From the IMG/VR virus record IMGVR_UViG_3300020599_000018, positions 1-27,558 of that record: 27,558 bases of DNA. One strand, written 5' to 3'. A model generated the notes under the pieces. It saw only the letters and a list, made by a program, of their open reading frames with translations. It was not told the origin of the DNA and did no database searches. The translations under genes and the position numbers were made by a program. Shown piece after piece: positions 15,256 to 23,823 of the stretch. Numbering within the stretch: position 1 is the first letter of the stretch; each line of letters opens with the position of its first letter. Source of the DNA: a virus (taxonomy: Duplodnaviria > Caudoviricetes).

Positions 15256-15570
15256 ATGGCCGGACAAATACTAAGCGCAACGCACAGCAGCGTTACCCGC
15301 TTTCACGCGGATGGGGACAAGTTCCACATCCAGACGACGGCGGACGTTGAGCCCGTGCTTGAGCGCGCTAAGGCGCTGCATAACGAGGGAATGCAGAAAT
15401 CCTCGGCGGGCGACCATCACCTAGCCAGCATTCCAGTTGTCGTGCTCAACGCCTGGGCCGAGCGCCGGGGCGTGACGTTCGATGCTGTGATGCAAAACGC
15501 CTCGTTGCTGCGCGAGTTCTTGAATGACCCGGATAACAGCGGCTTTCGGGTGCATAAGGGCGCCATATGA
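15256..15570 (+). CDS. 104-aa phage hypothetical protein
   Basis: DVEPVLERAKALHN...HLASIP...FLNDPDNSGFR; follows the capsid gene. Confidence 0.8.
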   Translation: MAGQILSATHSSVTRFHADGDKFHIQTTADVEPVLERAKALHNEGMQKSSAGDHHLASIPVVVLNAWAERRGVTFDAVMQNASLLREFLNDPDNSGFRVHKGAI

Positions 15571-16142
15571 TCACCGATTACACGCAATTGAAAGCGGCTG
15601 TCGGCAGATGGCTGCACCGATCTGACCTCGCGAGCGTGGCCGAAGACCTGATTATGCTCGCTGAGACGCGTTTTAACCGCAATTTGCGTGTGCGGCAGAT
15701 GGAAAAGGCGAGCACGCTTACCCTAACGGACGGCGCGGCAGACTTGCCCGCTGATTGGCTGGAGTTCGTAGGCGCGCCAACCGATGGCGACATACGGTTT
15801 GATTTCGTGGCGCGCGACGAGTGGCAGCGCTGCGACCTGGGCAGCTATTACACGATTATGGGCAATCAGTTGATGGTGTCCCATAACGGCGCCGGCCCTG
15901 ACAATGTGTCGGTGCGCTACTACGCCAAGATTCCGACGCTGTCCGAATCCCAAGCGACCAATTGGTTGCTGGCCGACGGCCCGGATGCCTACCTGTATGG
16001 CGCGCTGCTGGAAGCCGCCCCGTACATCAAAGACGATCCGCGCATCGAGACGTGGCGGGGCTTGCTGCAAGTGGCCCTGACCGATTTGCAAGCGTCTAGC
16101 GACCGGGCCAAGCACTCGGGCGGCACTTTGGTGATTCAGTAA
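15567..16142 (+). CDS. Head-tail adaptor protein
   Basis: YTQLKAAVGRWLHRSDL...TNWLL...PDAYLYGALLEA. Confidence 0.8.
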   Translation: MITDYTQLKAAVGRWLHRSDLASVAEDLIMLAETRFNRNLRVRQMEKASTLTLTDGAADLPADWLEFVGAPTDGDIRFDFVARDEWQRCDLGSYYTIMGNQLMVSHNGAGPDNVSVRYYAKIPTLSESQATNWLLADGPDAYLYGALLEAAPYIKDDPRIETWRGLLQVALTDLQASSDRAKHSGGTLVIQ

Positions 16143-17584
16143 TGCAAGAGCTTCTGGGTTTCGCGCCCGATCTGCCTTCCACGACGCCGGGGATACTGAC
16201 GGACTGCGAAAACCTTGTCCCGACGCTCACAGGCTTTAAGGCCGCGAGCCAATTGCAGCCGGTCGCATATCCAGCCTTGGGCGACGAGTGCCGGGGCGCC
16301 GCATCTGTACTGCGCCTGGACAACCAGCGTCGATTCTTTGCAGGCACGCCCACGAAACTCTACGAGGGCGTATCCAATGCCTGGGTAGATCGGTCCAGGG
16401 CTGGGGGCTACACCTCCGGCGCTGAAAACCGCTGGCGGTTTGCGCAGTTTGGCAATGTAACCCTTGCCACCAACCAGGCGGACAAGATACAGGCGTCTAC
16501 GGGCGCCGGGTTTGATGACATCCCGGAAGCCCCGCAGGCTCGAATAATCATCACCACGGCAGGCTTTGTCATGGCTTTTGCCACGGTCGATGCGACCTAC
16601 GGCGACATGGCGGACATGTGGTGGTGCTCAGGGCTCTATGACCACACAGCATGGACGCCAGATCAGGCCAAGCAATCGGCCAATGGCAGATTTCTGGATA
16701 CGCCCGGGGAGATTCGCGCCGCCAAGACACTGGGCTCCATGGTGGTCGTGTACAAGGAAAGCTCCATGTACATCGGCCAGTATGTCGGCCCGCCTGTTAT
16801 CTGGGCGTGGCAGCCGGTCCCGGGCGAAATAGGCGCGCTGTCGCAAGAGGCGGTCGTTGACATCGACACGGCCCATGTATTCATCGGATCTGACGATTTC
16901 TGGATTTATGACGGATCACGGCCCGCGTCAATTGGCGCGCCGGTCCGTCAGTGGTTCTTCGATCGCGCGCACCCCTCTTTCCTGTACCGCACGCACGGCT
17001 ATTTTGACCGCGTAAGCGGCATCGTGACATGGTATTTCGTGTCAAAACAGTCTTCCGGCGAGCTGGATAACTGCATTTTCTACAACACCAAGACCAAGCG
17101 CTGGGGCAGGGCCGCACGCGCTATTCAGGCAACAGTCGAATATATAGCGACTGCAGTGACGTATGACGATCTGGGGTCGCTCTACGCGACCTACGACGAC
17201 ATTTCCGGCATTGCCTACGATTCGCCACAATGGTTCGCGGGCGGGGCGACGCCAGCCGTGTTTGTGGGCGGCGAACTGAAGCTGATAGGCGATACGCCGA
17301 TGCCTTGCTCGTTGACAACATGGGATATCGGCGACGATGCGGCATTTACGACCATCACCCGCTTGCGCTGCCGTTTTTTGAGATCTCCAGTTTCTGCGGC
17401 GCTGCAAGCTTATTGGAAGAACGGCCTGGGCGATGTGCTGGCAAACGGGGAGGTCGCTGGTTTTGATGATGGAAAGTTCGATCTGCTTTGGTCCGCCCGC
17501 TGGCATCGGCTGAAACTGGACTTTACGGGGCCTGTTGAGATAACCGCGGTCAATCCGTCGCTGTCATTGGATGGCGACCGATGA
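16142..17584 (+). CDS. Tail hub/DNA stabilisation protein (P22 gp10/T7 gp12-like)
   Basis: 480 aa, beta-rich, aromatic; position after adaptor. Confidence 0.7.
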   Translation: MQELLGFAPDLPSTTPGILTDCENLVPTLTGFKAASQLQPVAYPALGDECRGAASVLRLDNQRRFFAGTPTKLYEGVSNAWVDRSRAGGYTSGAENRWRFAQFGNVTLATNQADKIQASTGAGFDDIPEAPQARIIITTAGFVMAFATVDATYGDMADMWWCSGLYDHTAWTPDQAKQSANGRFLDTPGEIRAAKTLGSMVVVYKESSMYIGQYVGPPVIWAWQPVPGEIGALSQEAVVDIDTAHVFIGSDDFWIYDGSRPASIGAPVRQWFFDRAHPSFLYRTHGYFDRVSGIVTWYFVSKQSSGELDNCIFYNTKTKRWGRAARAIQATVEYIATAVTYDDLGSLYATYDDISGIAYDSPQWFAGGATPAVFVGGELKLIGDTPMPCSLTTWDIGDDAAFTTITRLRCRFLRSPVSAALQAYWKNGLGDVLANGEVAGFDDGKFDLLWSARWHRLKLDFTGPVEITAVNPSLSLDGDR

Positions 17585-17889
17585 AGCTGCCTGAAGATCC
17601 ACGCTTGCCAGCGTTTGCGGGCGCAACGGGCTATGACCGCCAGCTTTACACGCGTCTCTACGAGTTATTCCGCAGCATTGCCAGGCAAGTGAACGGGACC
17701 GCCGAGGGTCGAATTGTTGCGTATTACAACGCAGCGACTGCACCGCCCACGACAGGCCAGCACGCTCAGGGCGACTTTATCCGGAACCTGGAGCCGACTG
17801 ATTTGGGCGGATACATGGTCATTGGTTGGTTGTGTGTTGCATCAGGCGAGCCAGGCACGTGGAAGGAGGCGAGGTGTCAGACCATATAA
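17581..17889 (+). CDS. 102-aa virion-module protein
   Basis: ATGA overlap; APPTTG.H.QGDFIRN...GWLCVASGEPGTW. Confidence 0.75.
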   Translation: MKLPEDPRLPAFAGATGYDRQLYTRLYELFRSIARQVNGTAEGRIVAYYNAATAPPTTGQHAQGDFIRNLEPTDLGGYMVIGWLCVASGEPGTWKEARCQTI

Positions 17890-18302
17890 ATCGGCCTTGC
17901 GAGCTCTTTGTGGTTTCGCCTCAGCACGTAGACCGCGCATGGCAAGAGGGCGCGTACAAGCTTGGAGATGCCCTGAAGTTGGCGCAAGGCGAGTGTACGC
18001 CCGACCAGCTGAAGATGCGGCTATCGCGCGGGGAACTGACGCTGCTGATGGTGTCCACAGACGAAGCGCGCGCGTGGCTGGCGGTCGAATTCATGCAGAT
18101 GCCCAATATTCGGGTTCTGCACGTGTACGCGATCCATGCTCCTGGCGCAACGCTGGATGCAGCATTTGATCTGCTGGCGAAGTATGCGACAGACGGCGGC
18201 GCGAGCGCCATTCAAGGCGCATGCACAGAGGCCGTATCGAAATTGTGGGCCAAGAGGTTTGGGTTTCAAGAAATGTACAGGATTTCACGGAGAACGCTAT
18301 GA
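17874..18302 (+). CDS. Acetyltransferase-fold (GNAT-like) virion assembly protein
   Basis: AAGGAGG RBS before GTG 17874; LHVYAI...IQGA...LWAKRFGF pattern; position before ejection genes. Confidence 0.55.
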   Translation: MSDHINRPCELFVVSPQHVDRAWQEGAYKLGDALKLAQGECTPDQLKMRLSRGELTLLMVSTDEARAWLAVEFMQMPNIRVLHVYAIHAPGATLDAAFDLLAKYATDGGASAIQGACTEAVSKLWAKRFGFQEMYRISRRTL

Positions 18303-19384
18303 GCGGCGGCGGAAGCAGTCCAAGCAACGTAACGAACACGACGAAGATGGAGCCGCCACCGCAGCTGGCGCCCTACCTTGCCCCCTTCATGCAACAGGCG
18401 TCTGCGGTCGCAATGACGCCGTATCAGCAGTACACCGGTCAGCAGATCGCGGACTTTACGCCCGATCAGCTTGCTGGCTTTGACATGGCGCGCCAGTCCG
18501 CAGGCTATGGCATGGATGATCTGAATCGAGGGCGCGGCCAGCTTCAGGCAACGCTTGCCGGCAACTATCTAGGCTATTCTCCCGGAAGCAATGCGTACCT
18601 AGGGGCAACAACCAATGTTGGCCAGAACGCGCTTTTGGGCCAGAACAATCCATACCTGCAGTCAGCCATCAATTCCGCACACGATGATATCTCGCGCACC
18701 TACGGGAACTCGGTATTCAACAACACCGATGCGACGATGGCGCGTGCCGGGGCTTTTGGCGGGTCTGCTTGGCAGCAGGCGCAGTCCGAGAATGCGCGGC
18801 AAATGTCCAATGAGCTTGGTCGCGTGTCGAATGATATGCGCATGGCTGATTATGGCTTGCAGGCGCAGCTTGGCGAGTCGGACTTAAACCGCAGGATGCA
18901 GGCACAGCAAACGGACTTGGCCCGAAATTCTGCATTGGCGCAGGCCGGGCTTGATATGTCCAATGCCAACTTCCAAGCAGAGCGCGCGCGCCAGATGCAG
19001 GCTGCTGGAATGCTGCCGGGCATGTCTCAATCAGGCTATCGAAACGCGCAAGCCCTGCTCGGTATCGGCGATGCGATCCAGGGGCAGAATCAGGGCCAAC
19101 TGGATATTGCCTACCAAAACTGGATGAATCAACAGAATCAGCCGTATCAAAGCCTGGATGTGATGGGCAATGCGATCCGCACGCTGATGGGCGGCGGCGG
19201 AACCACGACGCAGACCGGGCCGAATCCGTACCAGCGCAATAGCACAGCTTCGGCGCTGGGCGGGGCGCTGGGCGGGGCGGGCCTGGCAAGCTCGCTTGGC
19301 GCCAGCATGTCGGGCGCTGGACTGGCCGGCCCATGGGGGCTTGCGGCAGGCGCAGGCTTAGGTTTACTCGGGGGGTTGCTATGA
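18299..19384 (+). CDS. Ejection/DNA-transfer (pilot) protein, 361 aa
   Basis: MSGGGS..T N-terminus, Q/A/N/G-rich, C-terminal Gly-zipper hydrophobic tail; start ATG 18299. Confidence 0.75.
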   Translation: MSGGGSSPSNVTNTTKMEPPPQLAPYLAPFMQQASAVAMTPYQQYTGQQIADFTPDQLAGFDMARQSAGYGMDDLNRGRGQLQATLAGNYLGYSPGSNAYLGATTNVGQNALLGQNNPYLQSAINSAHDDISRTYGNSVFNNTDATMARAGAFGGSAWQQAQSENARQMSNELGRVSNDMRMADYGLQAQLGESDLNRRMQAQQTDLARNSALAQAGLDMSNANFQAERARQMQAAGMLPGMSQSGYRNAQALLGIGDAIQGQNQGQLDIAYQNWMNQQNQPYQSLDVMGNAIRTLMGGGGTTTQTGPNPYQRNSTASALGGALGGAGLASSLGASMSGAGLAGPWGLAAGAGLGLLGGLL

Positions 19385-19674
19385 ATCAGGTTTTTGGTAC
19401 GGCAGGCCTGCTCAATGGTGCGATGGGTGGCATCGTGCCGCAGCAATATGGCGGCCTACTTGGAGGTATCTACCAGGCGCCGCAAACGAATTACGAGCAA
19501 ATGGCCGCGCCCTATGCGCAGTGGGCTGGTCAACAGCTCCGGCAAGTCACGCCAGCATCTATGCCGATGCCGCAATTCCAAGCTCCGGTCTTTCAGGATC
19601 CTCAGCAGCCGCGAAGCCTGAATGCGCAGGACCTGAATAACTACTATTTCAACAGTAGCTACAACAATAGCTGA
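19381..19674 (+). CDS. 97-aa low-complexity Q/G/N/Y-rich putative internal virion protein
   Basis: ATGA overlap; contains YGGLLGG. Confidence 0.65.
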   Translation: MNQVFGTAGLLNGAMGGIVPQQYGGLLGGIYQAPQTNYEQMAAPYAQWAGQQLRQVTPASMPMPQFQAPVFQDPQQPRSLNAQDLNNYYFNSSYNNS

Positions 19675-19680
19675 GGCATC

Positions 19681-20019
19681 ATGTTCAACTTTCCGTCGAT
19701 CCCCGACCTTTCCGGCGTCACCGCCATGCCCAACATGGATATGGGGGGGCTTGGTACGTCGCTGGGCGGCATGAATGTTTCATCGAGCTTCGGCATGCCG
19801 CAGCAGCCAAACTATATGGGCATGCTCTCCGCGCTTGGCGGACTGGGCAGTCAGGGCGACAGCCAGCAAGCGCCGATGATGGCCCCGGCCCCTGCCCCGC
19901 AGTTACAGGCAGGCGGCGGCCAGTTCACCGCGCCATACCAGGCCGCCAGCACCTTCCAATCTCAGCCGACTGCCCAGCGCTTGAGCGGTCTTTTGGGGAA
20001 CGTATATGGGACTCTTTGA
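19681..20019 (+). CDS. 112-aa low-complexity G/M/Q/P-rich putative internal virion protein
   Basis: GAGG RBS; C-terminal SGLLG. Confidence 0.65.
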   Translation: MFNFPSIPDLSGVTAMPNMDMGGLGTSLGGMNVSSSFGMPQQPNYMGMLSALGGLGSQGDSQQAPMMAPAPAPQLQAGGGQFTAPYQAASTFQSQPTAQRLSGLLGNVYGTL

Positions 20020-21073
20020 TACGCTGACCGCGCAGACGCCACAAGGCGAGCAGCTGCGCGGCGGCTTGCTTGGCATGGCTGCCGGGTTGTTGCAAGGCTC
20101 GACAGGCCATTACGGGCAGTTCGGGCCGGCTTTAGGCCAGGGGTTCGCGGGTTTTGCGGGCGGGATGCAGAATGCGCAGGAAAACCAGATGCGCCAGCAG
20201 CTGTTCGGCATGAAGCAACAACAGGCTCAGATCGGCCAGCAGCAGCAGGCCCACGCGCAGCAGTGGTGGGCGCAGAATGGAGGTAATCTGACTCCGCAAG
20301 CCATCCAAAGCGGCATCAGCACCGGCAATCCATATCTCATGGATATGATCAAGCAAGCAACGTCTGTTATGCCGAAGCCGCAGGGGCGGAGGACGCAGTT
20401 TGACCCGCAGACGGGGTTGCTTATTGATCTTGATTCCGGGTCAGCATCCCCGGTTCTTGGCCCGACAGGGGCGATTGGCGCGCGGCCAGACATGATATTC
20501 GATCCTGTGCGCGGCGTGATGGTAGATAAGCGCACCGGCCAATCCCAGGCCGTTGTGGGCCCGGATGGCCGACCTCTGCCAGCGCAGAACAATCTCGAAA
20601 AGCCGATGACTGAAGCGCAAAGCAAGGATCTGCTCTTTGGTAGCCGCGCGCGCGAAGCGACAAAGATCATTGATGATTTCATGGCAAGCAAGCCGTCATG
20701 GCTGCAACAGACCGGCACCGCGGCAGTTGGGTACGACGCGCCTGCCTTCTTGGGGCCGCTGGGCAGCATCATTGAGACCGGCCTGAACACAGCCGCAACC
20801 CCGGCAGCACAGAAGTTCAACCAGGCGCAGCGTGATTTCATCAACGCGGTGCTGCGTAAGGAGTCGGGCGCGGTTATCTCGGCAGAGGAGTTTGCGAACG
20901 CTGAAAAGCAATATTTTCCGCAGCCAGGCGATAGCCCCGAGGTCATTGCGCAGAAGAAAGCAAACCGCGATCTGGCCATTGACGGAATTCTCATGGGCGC
21001 GCCGGCCGGCCAGCGAGATAGCCTGCGACCGCGAGGCGGGGCCCGCCCATCCCTCTCCGAATTATTGGATTAG
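20006..21073 (+). CDS. Ejection/DNA-transfer protein, 355 aa
   Basis: Gly-rich N-terminus, two FDP..G...D..G..PV/AV.GP.G repeats, FINAVLRKESGAVIS.EEF.NAEKQYFPQPGD motif. Confidence 0.75.
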   Translation: MGLFDTLTAQTPQGEQLRGGLLGMAAGLLQGSTGHYGQFGPALGQGFAGFAGGMQNAQENQMRQQLFGMKQQQAQIGQQQQAHAQQWWAQNGGNLTPQAIQSGISTGNPYLMDMIKQATSVMPKPQGRRTQFDPQTGLLIDLDSGSASPVLGPTGAIGARPDMIFDPVRGVMVDKRTGQSQAVVGPDGRPLPAQNNLEKPMTEAQSKDLLFGSRAREATKIIDDFMASKPSWLQQTGTAAVGYDAPAFLGPLGSIIETGLNTAATPAAQKFNQAQRDFINAVLRKESGAVISAEEFANAEKQYFPQPGDSPEVIAQKKANRDLAIDGILMGAPAGQRDSLRPRGGARPSLSELLD

Positions 21074-21076
21074 CGT

Positions 21077-23725
21077 ATGGCTTTTGAAAATCTGGCCCCG
21101 CAGGTCATTGCCGGCCTGTCGCGAGACTTGCAGATTACGCCGCAGCAGGCGGCTGGCATCGTTGGCCAACTCGGCTATGAATCCGCTGGCCTGCAAGCGA
21201 TCAACGAGCAGAATCCGGTTATTCCGGGCTCGCGCGGCGGCTTTGGCTGGGCGCAGTGGACCGGGCCACGTCGCAAGCAGTTTGAGGCTTGGGCCGCACA
21301 AAACAACATGGACGTAACCGCGCCGCAAGCGAATTATGGTTTTTTGGTGCACGAGCTGACCAACACGCCAGAAGGCCGAGCGCTTGAGCAAATCAGGCAG
21401 GCCCCCGACGCTCAGGCCGCTGGCCGGGTGTTCACCGATGTTTTCCTGCGCCCCGGTATCCCTGCTTACGATAAACGCGCCTCTTGGACGGAAAAAGCCT
21501 TGAACTTCATCATGCCAACGGCGCAGGCCGGGACGTTGCAATCTGGCATGGCCGCCAAAATCGCCAAGGCGAAAGAGGCCGGCTATTCGGACGCCGAGAT
21601 TGAGGCTTATCTCGGGCAAAAGCCCGAGTTCTCGGCCAAGATTGAGAAGGCACGCGAGGCTGGGTACTCTGACGCTGAAATCTTCGCACACCTTGGTATG
21701 CGGCCAGCAGAAAAGCCCGTTAGCCAGTCAGTGGGCGAAACGCTTATGGATATTCCGCGTCAGTTGGGGCTGACGGCGCGCTATGGAATTGAGGGATTGG
21801 GGCAGGCTGCATCGGTGCTGACTGAGCCCATTCGCCAGGCCATTAATCCGGCCCTTGATTTCATGGGATTGCCACGCGCGGCATCCACTGGCGGCACTGC
21901 TGCATCATTCGCCGACACGCTGGGCCTGCCGACGCCACAAACAGCCAACGAGCGTGTCGTGGGCGATGCTGCGCGGCTGATGGCTGGCGGCGGCGGCATC
22001 ATGGGCGCTTCTGGCGCGCTGGCGCGCGGCGCATCGGGGGCGACTCAAGCCGTACTTCAGGGCCTTGCATCTAATCCAGGCAGCCAATTAGCGTCGGCCA
22101 CCGGCGCCGGGCTTGCCGGCGGTTCTGTTCGCGAAGCCGGCGGCGGGCCTGTTGCGCAGACTGTCGCGGGCTTTGCTGGCGGCTTGGCGGGGCCGATGGC
22201 GCTGTCTGCCGGCCAACGTGCGGCCACGGCGATCGCAAAGAAGATTCCCGTTATCGGGCCAAGGCAGGTAGAGCAGCAAATAAACCTAGTCATGCAGCGC
22301 TCGGGCGTCGATTGGAGTGCAGTTCCAGAGCGCGTGCGCAATCAAGTGCGCGGCGAAGTGCGCGAGGCGCTGCGCATCGGCGATGATCTGGATGCAGACG
22401 CCGTGCGCCGCCTGGTCGATTTTAGGCAGGTGGATGGCGCCATTCCAACGAGGGGCGCAATCACCCTTGATCCTGTGCAAATTACGCGTGAGAAGAACCT
22501 TGCCAAGGCCGGCGCTAACTCGTCGGATCGCAATCTGCAAGGCCTTTCCCAGGTCGAAAATGCCAACAACCAGTCGCTGATTCGCGCCCTGAACAACCAG
22601 GGCGCCAACGCAGCCGATGACATGACAGGTGCGGGCCAGCGCATCATCAATGAACTGGAATTGGGCATTGACGCGCGGCAGGGCAGGGTGGAAAGCCTAT
22701 ATGCGGCCGCTCGCGATACGTCGGGGCGCAGCCTTCCGCTTGATCCTGCCGCATTCTCCACGCGCGTAAATTCGTTGCTCGATGAAAACATGGTGGGGTT
22801 TGCCTTGCCGGCAGATGTACGCAACACCATCAACAGAATCTCCAATGGCGAAATGCCGTTTTCAGTGGAGGTGGCGGAGCAAATCAAAAAGCGCATTGCC
22901 AGCCTGCAGCGCAGCAGCAGCGACGGCTCTACGCGCTACGCGCTCGGGCTTGTCCGCCAATCGCTGGACGATACGCCGCTTTTATCACAGCGTCCGGACC
23001 GCATGAGTCCAGTAGCAAACGAGGCTGGCCAGCAGTCTATTGATGCCTTCAATCAGGCGCGCGCAGCGCACCGACAGAAGATGGAATGGGTCGAATCGGT
23101 GCCGGCGGTAAAGGCCGTATTCGATGGTAAGGTGACGCCCGATCAGTTCGTTAACCGCTTCATCATCAGCAAGGCGGCATCAAGCGATGATGTCCGAAAG
23201 CTGGCCGATGCAGTTAGAGCCAATCCAGAAGTCGCGCAATCGGTGAGAGGCCAGATAACGGCATTCTTAAAGGAAAAAGCCCTGGGCGGCGCAGTGGAAG
23301 AGCAAGCAGCCAACTTCAGCCCTGCGGCCTATAACCGCGCATTGTCGATGATCGGCGATCGCAAGTTAGCGGCATTCTTTGGGCCCGAGGAAGTAGAGCA
23401 ATTGAAGGCAATTGGCCGGGTTGGTGCCTATATGAAGGCTCAACCCGCTGGCTCTGCGGTGAACAACTCAAACTCTGGCGCTTTGGTAATGGGCCGTGGC
23501 CTCGATTTGATGGACCGGATTAGCGGCAAAATTCCGCTTGGCATTGGTAGCGTCATTCAAGGTACGATCAGTGGCGTTCAACAGGGAGCTGCGCAGCGTG
23601 TGATACCGGCGCTCGTGCGTCCATCGCTACCCATGCAGTCGCCTAGCCTGATGCCGCCAGCGGCGGTATATGGCGGCTTGCTAGGACTTGCGCCCGTTCC
23701 ACCACGCAACGACGATAGCCGCTAA
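21077..23725 (+). CDS. Large ejection protein with N-terminal phage tail-lysozyme domain
   Basis: AAGIVGQLGYES...GFGWAQWTGPRR lysozyme-type motif; duplicated AKI.KA.EAGYSDAEI; Gly/Ala membrane-inserting region. Confidence 0.8.
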   Translation: MAFENLAPQVIAGLSRDLQITPQQAAGIVGQLGYESAGLQAINEQNPVIPGSRGGFGWAQWTGPRRKQFEAWAAQNNMDVTAPQANYGFLVHELTNTPEGRALEQIRQAPDAQAAGRVFTDVFLRPGIPAYDKRASWTEKALNFIMPTAQAGTLQSGMAAKIAKAKEAGYSDAEIEAYLGQKPEFSAKIEKAREAGYSDAEIFAHLGMRPAEKPVSQSVGETLMDIPRQLGLTARYGIEGLGQAASVLTEPIRQAINPALDFMGLPRAASTGGTAASFADTLGLPTPQTANERVVGDAARLMAGGGGIMGASGALARGASGATQAVLQGLASNPGSQLASATGAGLAGGSVREAGGGPVAQTVAGFAGGLAGPMALSAGQRAATAIAKKIPVIGPRQVEQQINLVMQRSGVDWSAVPERVRNQVRGEVREALRIGDDLDADAVRRLVDFRQVDGAIPTRGAITLDPVQITREKNLAKAGANSSDRNLQGLSQVENANNQSLIRALNNQGANAADDMTGAGQRIINELELGIDARQGRVESLYAAARDTSGRSLPLDPAAFSTRVNSLLDENMVGFALPADVRNTINRISNGEMPFSVEVAEQIKKRIASLQRSSSDGSTRYALGLVRQSLDDTPLLSQRPDRMSPVANEAGQQSIDAFNQARAAHRQKMEWVESVPAVKAVFDGKVTPDQFVNRFIISKAASSDDVRKLADAVRANPEVAQSVRGQITAFLKEKALGGAVEEQAANFSPAAYNRALSMIGDRKLAAFFGPEEVEQLKAIGRVGAYMKAQPAGSAVNNSNSGALVMGRGLDLMDRISGKIPLGIGSVIQGTISGVQQGAAQRVIPALVRPSLPMQSPSLMPPAAVYGGLLGLAPVPPRNDDSR

Positions 23726-23776
23726 AGCCCACCCTACAAATATCGGGTTCATCCCGAAGAGTGTTTCTTGTTCCAT
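23681..23776 (-). CDS. 31-aa single-pass membrane peptide (not in ORF track)
   Basis: MEQETLFGMNPIFVGWALAAIVVAWWNGRKS; GGGGA RBS upstream on the minus strand. Confidence 0.5.
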   Translation of the reverse strand: MEQETLFGMNPIFVGWALAAIVVAWWNGRKS

Positions 23777-23786
23777 GTAGTCCCCA

Positions 23787-23812
23787 GCCCGCCTAGAGCG
23801 GGCATTTTTATT
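23787..23812 (+). terminator. Terminator between ejection and fibre genes
   Basis: GCCCGC-CTAGA-GCGGGC followed by ATTTTTATT. Confidence 0.7.
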
Positions 23813-23823
23813 GGATACTCAAA

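Noticed and set aside
20227-20994. 255-aa minus-strand ORF
   Set aside because: Shadow of the 355-aa ejection gene
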